Shown here: positions 50,088-62,100 of the stretch, piece by piece
Position numbering within the stretch: position 1 is the first letter of the stretch
Layout: every line of letters starts with the position of its first letter
DNA from: Selaginella moellendorffii
Lineage: Eukaryota; Plantae; Lycopodiophyta
Direction of reading: 5' to 3'
Assembly (NCBI RefSeq): GCF_000143415.4
Contig: NW_003314288.1
Span: forward strand, 996,047 to 1,060,046
Length of the DNA: 64,000 nt
Made by a program: the position numbers and the translations under genes
Notes under the pieces: model-generated
What the model was told of the DNA's origin: nothing
Databases searched by the model: none
The model's input: the letters and a program-made list of their open reading frames with translations, nothing else

Positions 50088-52119
50088 TATTCCTTTACTA
50101 AGTTTCTAATGTATTTTATTTCAAGGTGAACAATCCGAATCTGAATCAGAGGAGGCGTGATGGCATGTGGCCCTTTGCACTAGTATATCTTAATACCGGT
50201 CTGAGAAATAGAATGGCATGTGCCCTCAGGCCTTTTACTAAATCACCTTTGAAAGAAATGCAAGCCTCTATGTCGTAAAAAAAAGGTACTAGAGAAATTC
50301 CTTAATAATATGAATGTTATTTAGTTTCATGAAAATACACTAAGGGTCAAATGAGTTAAATGACTTCTCCAGACTAGCAATGCCTCTTGCTACACCTTCA
50401 CAATTAGATTCGTTAGAAAAAGATAACATTGAATAATATCTAAATGTTCTCACCATTAAGTTATATGTCTGGCTAATAGGAATGACGTTCATCTTGGAAA
50501 GCTCACCACACGCTCAATGAACAAACAAATAGTGTGTGCGCGCATGCCATCGCTCTTCTTTAGCTTTAGATTCGGCTTGTTCACCTTGACAATGAGATTT
50601 ATTATACAACCAGATGGACTCAGTCTGGACACAAAGTCACCGCGCTAGTCACCATGCCCCAGATATGTCTAGCCCCTGGACAAAAAACATATAATTTCAC
50701 GTCATTTTCAAATACTTGAAAATTTGTACCTAGTCCCATTTTACTGAATAAATCCCACTTTAACGAAATAGAGCTTTTATTGTTTTAGAGTCTGCATCTT
50801 TCCCGTGATCCCAACTATAGTTGTTCACCACAACTATGTTAGCCCGTTTGCTGCATCAAACGCTCATCTAGATCACATCCTCACTCAATGAGGAAAGCCT
50901 TACACTGTTCCCAAGATCCCAAAGTCGTTCCATCATTGGCCCTTTACTATCCACCACCTTGCCTACAATTTCACACGTGAACTGTAGTGGAGAGCCATGT
51001 CTTTCTGACTTGCTACTCCTCAAGGACAAGCCCACTCCTAGGACCTTCCGATGCCAACACTAGTGGTGATATACTTCAGCACCAATAAAAGTCGGACTAA
51101 GGAATAGCTCTGATACCAAGTTGTAAGCAACTAAACTTTCCATTCTACTTTAGTCACTTAACCACACCTCTGACCACTTGGAGGAGTCTCATTCACAACC
51201 TCCATAAGTCCAATTCAAGACTTGGGACTTGCTAGCCCCAAAAATGGCATCCATGCCACTCAACCCTTGCACCTGGTCCAAGTGCTCCACATGTCCGATC
51301 CCATGACCGACACTCAAAGGTATCACCGACATAGCAGCATGTTATGTTAAGGCCATGCTCAATCACCTTTGCTGCACTAGTAGTCCAATACCACTTGCAA
51401 CACAGTCTTGTCTCTCCAAGACTGGACCAACCATCTGTGAGTGGTCATCCCAGATCCACTCCTTAGCATCCTTAGGATGGCCACCGACAAGGGGAACAAC
51501 CTTCCCCAATATCCCTCTGTTAGTCCCCACTAAATCCCTTTTTACCCTTGGCCGTGTTTGCCAACACTGCCACTGGATCGAGGCACACAGGCTTGACCAC
51601 TAAGTCCCATGGTCCTCTGGGACTTCCTCACCACGTGCCCGTATCCTTGGCCACCACACCAAAGGATTGCTCCTTTTCCTTTCCACAGTTTGGGACTTGG
51701 GGACAACACTTCGGAACACCGTGGCCTTATGCGAGCCACCTGGGTACTCTCCCCGCCTTCCGCCTTTGGGTGCTCTAGCCATGGGCTTAGAGCGAGGTTC
51801 CGTTGAGCCATACCTGGTATCCAAGTAGGTAGTGCCACCCAAATTTGGACTGGGAGCATTGGCCAGTCAATCTCCCAGGGGAACTAGAGCCGGCTCTTGA
51901 ACACTTCACCAAGCTACCCTGCTTGTTGGTCCGTATTCACTCTAGTCTTGGACTTCCCAGTGGTCAGTTCATCACCCAACACTAGGTTTGGCCTTTCTAG
52001 GCCAAACTGGCCTTTTCTGGCCAAACTGGCTCCACTGCAGTCCTCCTCCTTACTATACTTTCGGAGCTCACCAAACCCCCCAGGGTCTGCGAGACGAACG
52101 CTTTGGGCTTTCACCCTCT

Positions 52120-52660
52120 CAGACTCGAACTCGGACTCGGACTCAGACTCGGACTCGGACTTGGACTCGGGCTCAGGCTTGGTCTCGGCCTTGGCCTCGG
52201 TCTCGGTCTCGGTCTCAGTCTCGGTCCCGATCTCGGTCTCGACCTCGGACTCCATCTTGGGTCCTTCTTCGACTCCATCTTGGATTCCATCTCGGACTCC
52301 ATCTCGGTCCATCTTGGACTCCATCTCGGACTCCACCTCGGACTCCATCTCGGACTCCATCTCAGACTCCACCTCGGACTCCATCTTGGACTCCATCTCG
52401 GTCCATCTCAGACTCCATCTCGGACTCCATCTCGGACTCCACCTTGGACTCCATCTCAGACTCCATCTCGGACTCCGTCTCGGTCCATCTCAGACTCCAC
52501 CTCGGACTCCATCTCGGACTCCATCTCGGACTCCACCTCGGACTCCATCTCGGACTCCATCTCGGACTCCACCTCGGACTCCATCTCAGACTCCATCTCG
52601 GACTCCGTCTTGGTCCATCTCGGACTCCAACTCGGGTCCATCTCAGACTCTATCTCAGAC
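52120..52660. repeat. Same minisatellite in the second LTR, with a different unit arrangement
   Basis: (GGACTCCATCTC)n array. Confidence 0.95.
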
Positions 52661-52838
52661 ATTTCCATGTGTCATGTGTTGGTCCTTTTGGGTCCCTTTT
52701 TGGAGCCTCGCTTATTGCTCGCTTCGTGCTTGTTCCTCAAGCACTTTGTTGGGAGTTCCACTCCCGCTCTCGACCTTTCAAGTCAGATCTTTTAGTCCAA
52801 ACGTGTTACGCTCGTTTGGCTTTCGCTTCAGCCACTAC

Positions 52839-55263
52839 TGTCAAGACCCCCAACAAGATCAAGACTGGAAAATGCTAAAGACAAAGAGAAAAAGCTAGTG
52901 AAAACAAAGAAGAGGCCTTAGACTGGTGTTGATTCAGATTGTGGAGAAATGGAACAAGGCTAACCTATATATACTATAGATTGATGAAGCTCCACCACTC
53001 TTGAATCGAGGACGGCCTAAATATAGCTGAGGTCGAGGAGGCGCCACATCATCATCAGGAATGTGGCTCGAGACTCAGGAATCAGAAGTGTCTCGAGAGT
53101 CAGGAATAGGGAAGTGTCTCGAGAGTCAGGAATAGGGAAGTGTCTCGAGAGTCAGGAATGTGGTTTGCAGGTCAGGAATCCGGCGAGAGTCAAGAATGTG
53201 GCAAGAATTGGGGGATTCATGACAGCACCCCCTCCTCAAGAACGAGTGGAATGAGGATGTGAACGAGAACGAAGAGGAGGATGAGATGAGCGGTGAGGGA
53301 TGGGAGATGGAGAAAAAGAATGAGGACTGGGAAGAGAAGGATAGCGGCGGTGGAAGTCCTGAACAAGGTCAGGAGAATGAATCAGGTTGTCCGCAGGTTC
53401 CCAAGTGCGTTCCTCAGGTCCGTAACCCTTCCAGTCCACCAGATAGTAGAGTTTAGACCGTGAAATCTTGGAATCAAGGATGTCCTGAACCTCGTACTCA
53501 GACCAATCCTCGAGCTGCACTGGTGGAGGCGGAGGAATGACCCGATTTGGAATAGGACTGGGAATATAAAGCTCAAGGAGAGAGGAGTGAAAAACGGGGT
53601 GAATTTGATATGAGGAGGGAAGTGCAAGGTGATAAGTGACAGGATTAATGATGGCAGTGATAGGGAAAGGACCAAGGCGTTTGAAATTGAGTTTTGGACA
53701 GGGCCTGGTGGTGGAGATATTTTGCCTGAGGAGCCAGACTTTATCCCCGATATTGTAAGGGGGACAATCCTGACGATGGACATTGGCAAATGTTTTATGA
53801 GATTCCTGAGCACGATGGAGGTGGAAGGAGATGGAGTTGTGGATTTCCTGGAGGTTGGAGATAAATGCCTCAGAGCGGGGATTTGAATGAGAGGATTCAA
53901 ATGGAGAAGGAAGTGAGAGATTGAATCGGGGATTTCGGCCAGAGTTTGCAAAGAAGGGGGAAACTCGAAGAGAGGAGTGAATAGAGTTGTTATAGGAGAA
54001 CTCAGCAAGAGGAAGGATATCGAACCAGTTATCCTGATGATAGTTGATGAAGCACCTCAAGAATTGTTCCAACGTCTGAATCGTTTGCTCGAACTGCCCA
54101 TCAGTTTGAGGATGATATGCCGAAGAGAGGTTGGCCTTCACTCCAAGCAGCTGCAAAAACCGTTGCCAGAAATGAGAGATGAACTGAGGCCCCCGATCTG
54201 AAACCACATCTGTAGGAATCCCATGAAGTCCGAAAATTTCCCTGAATACCAGTTTTGCCATGTTCTCACCCGAAAACTCCTTGGTACATGGCAAGAAGTG
54301 CGCCATCTTTGTGAAGCGATCCACCACGACTAAAATGCTGTTGAAGCCTCCAGAACTCGGAAGATCACTCAAGAAATCCATGGAGATGGATTCCCAAGGA
54401 CCTGAAGGGACCGGAAGGGAACGAAGAAAACCTGAAGGAAGGTGGCGAGGTACCTTATTCCGGGCACAAGTGTCACAGGAGGTAACAAAAGCTTTGATGT
54501 AGTCGTCCATATGAGGCCACCAAAAGTCCCGTGCAACTAGCTCATAGGTTTTCGCAATGCCGAAGTGACCAGCAGTCGAGCTATCGTGGCACGCCATCAG
54601 GACCAACCTTCGAGCATCACCTTCAGGAACGTAAAGCTGCTCCCCACGGTACAATAAACCATCTAAGAACTCGAACTCGTCAAATCGCTGACAGTCGGGA
54701 GTCACTGGGTGTCCAGCCTGAAGATGGGGGAAAATGTCGCTAGCGAGATCATCGGATTGAAGATCATTTCTGATTGCATCCATCAAGGAGGAGTCCTGAG
54801 GGGCCAGGGAAATTGCCATAACTTGAAGCCGATCAGGACCGAGGATAACTTGATCCTGTTGATCGAAGGCAGGATTACCAGGCCTGAGACTGAGATAGGA
54901 GCGCCTTGAAAGAGCATCAGAAAGGCCTTGAAACTTTTCAGGTCTGTACTTGATAAAAAAGTCAAACCGAGTTAGGAATTGTGCCCACCTTGCTTGACGA
55001 CGGCTTAAAACTCGGGAAGTGGCAAAGTACTCAAGATTTTTGTGATCCGTCCAGACTGTTGTTTGATGGCTCACCCCCTCCAAGAAACGGCGCCACTCTC
55101 CAAAGGAATCCACGATGGCAAGGAGCTCCTTGTCATGGATTTCGTAATTGATCTCTGCAGGCTGGAATTTCCGAGAATGGAAAGCGACTGGATGAAGTTC
55201 GTGATCCGCTCCGAGTTGAGACAGCACAGCACCAATGGCAAAGTCGGAGGCATCAGCCTTGAC
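52839..55263 (-). mobile_element. 5'-truncated Ty3/Gypsy chromovirus (Tcn1-like)
   Basis: 3' LTR 52839-53224 (TGTCA...TGACA) with an adjacent polypurine tract. Open pol fragment. Confidence 0.9.
53236..55263 (-). CDS. pol: Pol fragment: RNase H, integrase, chromodomain
   Basis: ADASDFAIGAVL, NYEIHDKELLAI, SMDF..SDRG..HPQTDGQ, chromodomain EYEVQDILDS..YLVDWKGYGPEERTWEP. Confidence 0.92.
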   Translation of the reverse strand, partial: VKADASDFAIGAVLSQLGADHELHPVAFHSRKFQPAEINYEIHDKELLAIVDSFGEWRRFLEGVSHQTTVWTDHKNLEYFATSRVLSRRQARWAQFLTRFDFFIKYRPEKFQGLSDALSRRSYLSLRPGNPAFDQQDQVILGPDRLQVMAISLAPQDSSLMDAIRNDLQSDDLASDIFPHLQAGHPVTPDCQRFDEFEFLDGLLYRGEQLYVPEGDARRLVLMACHDSSTAGHFGIAKTYELVARDFWWPHMDDYIKAFVTSCDTCARNKVPRHLPSGFLRSLPVPSGPWESISMDFLSDLPSSGGFNSILVVVDRFTKMAHFLPCTKEFSGENMAKLVFREIFGLHGIPTDVVSDRGPQFISHFWQRFLQLLGVKANLSSAYHPQTDGQFEQTIQTLEQFLRCFINYHQDNWFDILPLAEFSYNNSIHSSLRVSPFFANSGRNPRFNLSLPSPFESSHSNPRSEAFISNLQEIHNSISFHLHRAQESHKTFANVHRQDCPPYNIGDKVWLLRQNISTTRPCPKLNFKRLGPFPITAIINPVTYHLALPSSYQIHPVFHSSLLELYIPSPIPNRVIPPPPPVQLEDWSEYEVQDILDSKISRSKLYYLVDWKGYGPEERTWEPADNLIHSPDLVQDFHRRYPSLPSPHSFSPSPIPHRSSHPPLRSRSHPHSTRS

Positions 55264-58200
55264 AGATTCCATCTCATATTCCTTCTTGGATCCATCTTAG
55301 ACTCCTTCTTAGACTCCATCTCGGACTCCATCTTGATATATGTTGGTCCTCTTGTGTCTCTTTTCTAAAGACTCATTTACTACTTGTTTCATGATCATTC
55401 TTCAAGCACTTCATTAGGAGTTCCCCTCCCGCTCTCGACATTTTAAGTTGAAGCTTTTAGTCTAAATGTGTTATGCTCGTTTGGGTTCTACTTTGGCCAT
55501 TACCATGTGGCCCCCTTCCGGCTCCACTTTGGGGCTTAGGGATTTTTGTCTTATAACTCCACCACCCTTAAACAAAGTGTGATGTCCTCATTGAATAATA
55601 AATCATTTTATAAAGTAACACGATCAAGTATTACCCTTTCCATCCTTAGCACTAAGCCAATATTCGTCGATAGATCGACATCGAAGGCTCACCATGCTTT
55701 GCCCATCCTTTAAGAAGCATAGTCTTTTCAATATAAAGATTCATTTGACCATTTGTGGTGGTTCTCTCCCTTTATTAGTTTAGTTCTCGCTAAATCCGTT
55801 AGAGACACCTTCTCTATCTCAATCTCATTACTCATTCTTGAGTAGTCTCAACTTCTATTAATATAACCATTGCACTTTGAAACTTTTAATCTTTGACTTC
55901 TCAAAATCAAATTCCTGAGTGTCTCCAACACCTTGCATTTGCATATATTGTGTAAATTCCATTTCCCCATCCTAGGAAATTTTCTACTTGAGGGCACAAT
56001 TATCCTCTCTTTTATTTCATACCACCTTTGGCATTAAATTTTAGTTAGCATAATTTATACTAAGGCTTGTTTACAGCGCTATTATTTAACTACTTTGCCA
56101 CTCCCTCCTTTGAAGCTTTCACTTTCACCAAATTGAAGCATTTAGGAATCCATCTTTGGAAATATATTGCCTTTCCCACAATTGTTAACATCCAACACAT
56201 TAGTGCTCCTCACCTAACTTTGCCATTTGGATTCCTTCCAATAATTTTCATGACTCTTTTCTTGGCCACTAGACTTTTGCTCCTATCCTTTGATTATTGC
56301 ATTAAACAACATAAAATCACTACCTCCATCTTCGAGTTATCTTTTCGGTTCCATAGAAAAGATTTTGCTTTGGTAAGTCCAAAAGGTGTTCCCCCTACTA
56401 AGTCTCTTTGGCATTTTCTGTTGTGGGCTTTATCTATATCCCAATTTTGTGACCCTCTTGTGGGTTTTTCCTAGAGACTACTTTCTTGGACTCACCTTAT
56501 CATTACATCAATGCCACCTATTTCCCTTAGGTGTCTTTTCCACTTGGTCACCTTGACTAAGTCACACTCTTACCAATAATTCAAATTAACACTTTGAACT
56601 AGAAATCTTATTTTTTAACCAAATAAAGACTTTGTCATTGTTTAGCCACAAGATCACCTAGTGATCTCATCTTGACACCCTAATAAATCTACCAATAAAA
56701 ACTAGGCCTTTTAGACTTTTAAGTTATTAATTATGACCCTAAGGGCATCCCCCACACTTGGCAATGCACCCAAGCTAGCCCTTCTAGCCAAGGATTCATA
56801 ACAACTAAGACTGGGTGTCCCCATTTCATTCACCATGTTCATGGTGCCACTTTCACCAAAGTGTTCAAGTTAAATATGTCAAGCTTTCACACTAAATAAT
56901 CTAACTGTGTATCATGGCTCTGGGGCATCTCTCGTTTGGTAGTGTGCCTAAGTTAATCTCCTCACTAGAGTCCATGACCACCAAAAAATAAGTGTCCTCA
57001 TATTCTAAACCATCACCACGCCCTAGTGAGTTGGGACTCGAACCCAAACACTAAAAGGTTGGGACTCGAACCTAACCTTCGTATATGCATTTACGAACGG
57101 CATCATCCAGAATGCCTAGCATGATTCCCACGCCAATTTATACCCAAAACGCACCATAGATCACAACTTAAGAACTTAATTTCTCCAAATTGCTAATTCC
57201 TCTCACTTGACAAGTCTGTGATTATGCATAGACTCTTCTATTCTTGACCCTATAGGCCAACCTTTTTTAAGTCATCACCTTCAATTAGGTCTTTATTCCC
57301 CCCAACTTGCTAATCTTGCTTTGCAAGTCACCCAACCAACGTAACATAGTTTCATGCATAAGCGTGAAAGTCATTAACCATCAACTTTCATTCAAAGCTA
57401 TCTTTTTTAACACTTGGGAACACTTCTTCAACCTTGATATCCTCACCTCATGACAAGTTTCAAGACCACGCTTCTGCTGTGCCACTTTAATTTTGTGCAT
57501 TTTATGAACCATTTACACTTATCTTTCTAGATACTAACCTACCTAAAATTGTCTTTGGGAACTTTGAAGGGACTTTGTCCCTCAGCTTGCTAAGGCTTCT
57601 CCTTTCACAAGCTTTTTAATTGCTATATGGTCTAACATAGACAATTCTATACTTTAGACTCTCTTTGGCATCATAGTTGCTAATAGTAACACTTTCGAGC
57701 ATCCACTTGATTCTCCACTCCTAACTTACATAACCACTCTCAATTATGCCCTTTAATTATTATCATTCAGTTCTATTCCTTTACTACTTGTTTTTTACTT
57801 CACACATTTCCTTTAGTTATTCTCCTCCAACCTAAGAGTAATTTTGCACTTTCTACCATACCTTAATAAGTATATCTATGGATGAGCCTATCCAATAGCC
57901 TAAAGAGTGGTTCCTCAATCCAAATATGATCATCTTGTAATCTCACACACTAGGATTAATGTTGCTACTTACAGGTTTTCATATGCCCGTCATTAGCCTT
58001 GCCAAAATCCTTTTTAACTTTGTCTAGTTCGGATAGATGGACTTCTTCTATCTCCATAACCTTGAATGTTAAATAGCACCTTTTATCTATTATTCAATAA
58101 AGATTTAGTCCCTTAGGCCTTATTTAATACTCTCATGATATTAAATACCACTTTTTGGTGTTTTAAAGTGTTTAAGTGTCCCACTAATGGCCTTTTTAGA

Positions 58201-59560
58201 CAATGAGCATTTCCCTTTTCAATATTAATTTACTATATTGCAATATAAACAATTTATCCCCCCCACAGGATATATCTAACCTCCTTATCCCAATAAAAAG
58301 TTTTAGGTAGTTAACTTCTACTAATCCAATTAATTATATTGCACCTTTTACTTAATTACTTCATAGTTATCAAGTCCTACAACTTATTGCTGGTGCTTCC
58401 ACACCTCCATCATTATTTGGGTCACCACATTTTAACCATACGCTAGGCTATACCATTCCCATTTCCAGTGGGATTCCTTTGGCAAGGGGTTTTTATGAAC
58501 CCACTAACTTAACTTTAAAGCATCATACCTTGGCACACTTGGTGTTTCCACACCATCAGCTTTATAAGCTTATTTATACAACACTTTTCACTTGTGTTTA
58601 GATCTTTACCAATACCTAAGTAATTGTTTTTCATGCTAACTATCAGTTAGCATTGTACCATGGTGTTCATACACAACTTTGTGCCAAAATTATTTTTTTC
58701 TAAGAACACCTTTCCCACGACTTTAGTATAACATATTTTACCATCAATAAAATACCCATTGTTTTTATACTTGGATTTTATGATCCTCTTTATCCTTCAT
58801 AAAGTGCACCACCCCTCAATCCAAATGCTTCCACTAGTCTTTTGGGACCATTTCTTGACTCTAATTGAATCATCCAACTTTTTGGATTTTACTAATTCAA
58901 TGACCCATAATGTCCTAGCCTCACGGCTATTTTTGAGGTCTTAGTTCACTGGAATATAATTTTTTCGATTCATATCCTACTCATAAGAACTATCTTTGAA
59001 AGTGTTACTCTAACACTTGATTATTTTTCATTATCTGTAGATTACTTTTGCCCCTTAGGATTATTTGTTCATATGATGAAAATACCAATTGATCCTATAA
59101 GTACACTTCCAACTCCTTGGGTTATTCTAGCATTTATTAAAAGTAGCCCTGGCTATCATTTCAAGGACTTGTGTCCTCTTTCATTTTTGATCTCCCACAA
59201 TCATTAATTCTTGTCTCATATTCATAAGCACTATCCTTAATTATATGAGGATAATCCTACAACTCCTTTATTATTTTAGAGTCTTTATCTTTCTTGTGAT
59301 CCCAACTATAGTTGTTTACCACAACTATATTAGCCAATTTGATAAGATAAACACTCATCTGGATCACATCCTTAATTCTCTAAAGAAAACCTTATATTAC
59401 TCTTAAGATCCCAAAATCATTCTGTTATTGGCACTTTTCCATCCACCACATTGCTAACATGTTTACTTATGAACTAAGGAAGAGAGTCATGCCCTTTCAA
59501 CATGCTACTCCTTGAGGATAAGCCCACTCCTGGGACCTTCTAATACAAAGACAAGTGGCA
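55264..59560 (-). mobile_element. Older, AT-shifted copy of the LTR family at 32966-52838
   Basis: Colinear with 34440-38424 plus 50781-51070, and lacks the Sola insertion. Confidence 0.85.
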
Positions 59561-60579
59561 ACCTATAGCTATATTCCCTGCTATTGAATAGTAGCTATGG
59601 ACGAGAAAAGAATCGAAGCCAACTGAAATGCAAAAGAAAAGAAAACTCTAAAAAACCAAAGTTTAAATTTCAAAAACTCACATTGGATAAATCTTATGGA
59701 CATAGAAAAGTCTTGGTGATGGAAACACTTAATGAGTAAGTGATTGCTACATAGAATGTATGAGACATATTTTTAGAAGCACAATCCATTTTTTTAAGCA
59801 TTTACCTTTGGAGTTTCCACGAGTTCTAAATCCATTTGAGTTTCCTAGAAAAAAGAATTTAACTTGGAGGAAATGAAAATTTTAACTTACCATGGCATCC
59901 CTAATACTTTGCTTTGCAAAACAATGAGAATTCTAAATTGAAAATGATGTAAAAAATGCTAAATTTCCTAGAAATCCATTATGAATATAAATATAAAATT
60001 CTCTAACTCTTGGTTGCACCCTTAATGTTGTTATAGGTGCTCTTGACCTACTTGATTATCCTCTTGAGAGCTGGTGTAGTGATTCCATCTCTTGTGAATT
60101 TTTTTGGGCACGCTGGCTGTAGCATTGCCTCATTCCTTGCCAAACCTAAAACATTTTATTTTTGATTGCCACATATATGTCTCGGGTTGACCTAGAGGAT
60201 CCCAGGCCTAGAATTGGGCCTGGGGCATTCCTAGGTCGACTGGACGGAAAGGGCTGTATATAACATGAGAGGATTTGGAATTTACTTGAGTCCCCCTTGC
60301 ATGTAACACTTCTCTTATGAGATGGCTAACAGCTAGGAAACACCAAAGTCTTTAGAAGTGAGACATTTGGGAACTGGTGGCGGCTTGTCTAGCTGATTAT
60401 ACTTGCAGAGCAGCGAGCTAGTAACTTACTCTTGGAAATCTTGAAACTAGAGAAAAGTGTTGAGAGCTGGAGATGCAAGAATGTTTGGCCTTTTCATTGG
60501 TTAGCTCTCACAAATAAAATCATGCACTTGAGAAGCAAAATTTTTAAAGTTCAAAAGAAGAGCATACCCAATTGCATTA

Positions 60580-62100
60580 GTCTATTGAGCTAGCTGATAG
60601 GCCACAAGAGAAGCTGGAAGTTCCTTTCTTGGTGTCTCTTCAAGAGACCTCTCCTTCTTGACTTTCCCATGATTATTGGAATGCAACTCTGTTTTAAACT
60701 CAAGGACATCTTTTTTCCTCACTGCTTCTAAATCCCAATTATCATCTTCTTGTGCAATTGGCTTAAGCATGCTGGAAAATGGCTTGTTGTCCAAAGCCAC
60801 ATTGTGGAAGGGTAAAGGCAAGTCATCCCACTCCAGAGAAGCTGGAGGAGTACTTACAGTAGGAAGTGATAGCGAGGGCAATGCCTCAGATGGCCCATGC
60901 TGCTTTAGGGCTCACAAAAGTGGCCACGAAGGAACTTGGCACTGGAGAATGTGCAGGGAGGAATAGGGAGAAATGCAAGCGGCCAAAATGGCTTGAGTGG
61001 CTACAGTTAATATAACAGGGCAGTGGCATTAAGGCTGGGCTTTGTGATGGCACGTGCTTCAAACTGGATCTAGGCCATGGTAGGGCAAGCGTTTGGAGTA
61101 GGGACAGGGGCAGCAATGTGGCACTGGAATTCCTGGTAAGAAAGGGCAGCATGGGTGGGCTGTGGTGTTGGAGCTGGACACTGTGCTTGGGGAAGAATTG
61201 GGTGCCATTGCTTGTGCAATTTGAGCTGCATGGGCCACAGCTAGGGCAAGAATTGCCACAGCATGGTTGGACAACTTATGTTTGTGTATTGATCACTGGA
61301 CCATTTCTTGGAGTAGGGGAACATTGTGGAGGTTCACTTTGGCTGCCTGGATCGCAACGAAAATGGTGAGGGCAGTTGTCTTGGGCATGGAGGCCATGCA
61401 TGTTATAGATGCCGCAAATGGGCTGGTACTTAACTGGTGCTTGTGCATTCGGACACTTGGCAGCAATGTGGCTGGGCTGTTGGCATGGCTGAGCTGAGGT
61501 ACTCAGTGCTTTTTTTTGTGATTGTTTCACCTACAGTGTTGGCACTTAACTTGAGTTGGTGCAAAACTTGGGCATTCACTAGGATAATATCTATATCCCT
61601 TGCAACAAGTATTAGATGTTCTCATGGTCAATAATAGGCTGAGGTGGTGTATGGATTCCTCAAATCCAGTTAGTTGAAGCTCGAACATTTTTTGGCAAGT
61701 GTTTCCAAGTTTTCATATACTTTGGAGATTTCTTATGATTGTGGCAGAGTTGAAGAGGAAGTGGCCATGATAGGAAGTACATGCTGTTAGAGGTGGCTGT
61801 AATTGATGATTCCAGGAAAAGGTAAGCTCACTAGATCAATGAGTGAAGGATATAACTGTGACATTGCTAATGTTTGTAGGGACAAAAAGGTTAGCAGGAT
61901 CACCAGAGGACCACCATGGAGTAGAAAGGCTGCTAAAAGCAAGCCATGCTCATGCAAGCTTGCTCCCAATTGGAAGTTGTAGAAATAGCCTCATGTGATA
62001 TGTAGGAGCAAGTTTGAGTTGCTTGTGTACTAGATTCCTTAGCTATTTTGCACACAAGAGTGTGGGTCAAACTCAACAAGCCACTAGATGCAAGTGGATA
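60580..62100 (-). pseudogene. Probable decayed retroelement gag remnant with Zn knuckles
   Basis: PCQQPSHIAAKCP and CGIYNMHGLHAQDNCP knuckle-like motifs at 61360-61490. The rest is fragmented. Confidence 0.4.

Larger units (their letters stand above)
38811..50235. repeat. Dispersed 22-bp palindrome ATGGCRTGNGGCCNCAYGCCAT, about 20 copies
   Basis: Starts at 38811, 39888, 39963, 41195, 41386, 41527, 43026, 44303, 44363, 44440, 45237, 46172, 46757, 46855, 46925, 48762, 48819, 50160 and 50213, plus a half site at ~38527. Confidence 0.9.
38425..50776. mobile_element. 12,352-bp Sola1-like DNA transposon with cargo gene
   Basis: Perfect 24-bp TIR AAGCTCTATTTCGTTAAAGTGGGA (38425-38448 and 50753-50776). 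4-bp TSD TTAT (38421-38424 and 50777-50780). Empty site visible in the paralogous host sequence at ~59263-59282. DDD-type transposase inside. Boundaries are firm; the superfamily assignment is less so. Confidence 0.9.
32966..52838 (-). mobile_element. Large decayed LTR retroelement (possibly Copia-derived), interrupted by the Sola-like transposon
   Basis: Direct repeats starting TGTAA at 32966 and 51122, shared for at least 1.7 kb. PBS TGGTATCAGAGC at 51107-51118. Faint Copia-RT-like remnant FLGATIKDRSKKL at ~35410-35460. Right LTR is cut at 52838. Confidence 0.75.

Noticed and set aside
38811-50235. Palindromic repeats as a CRISPR array
   Set aside because: Irregular spacing from tens of bp to kb, embedded in genes, eukaryotic context, no cas genes.
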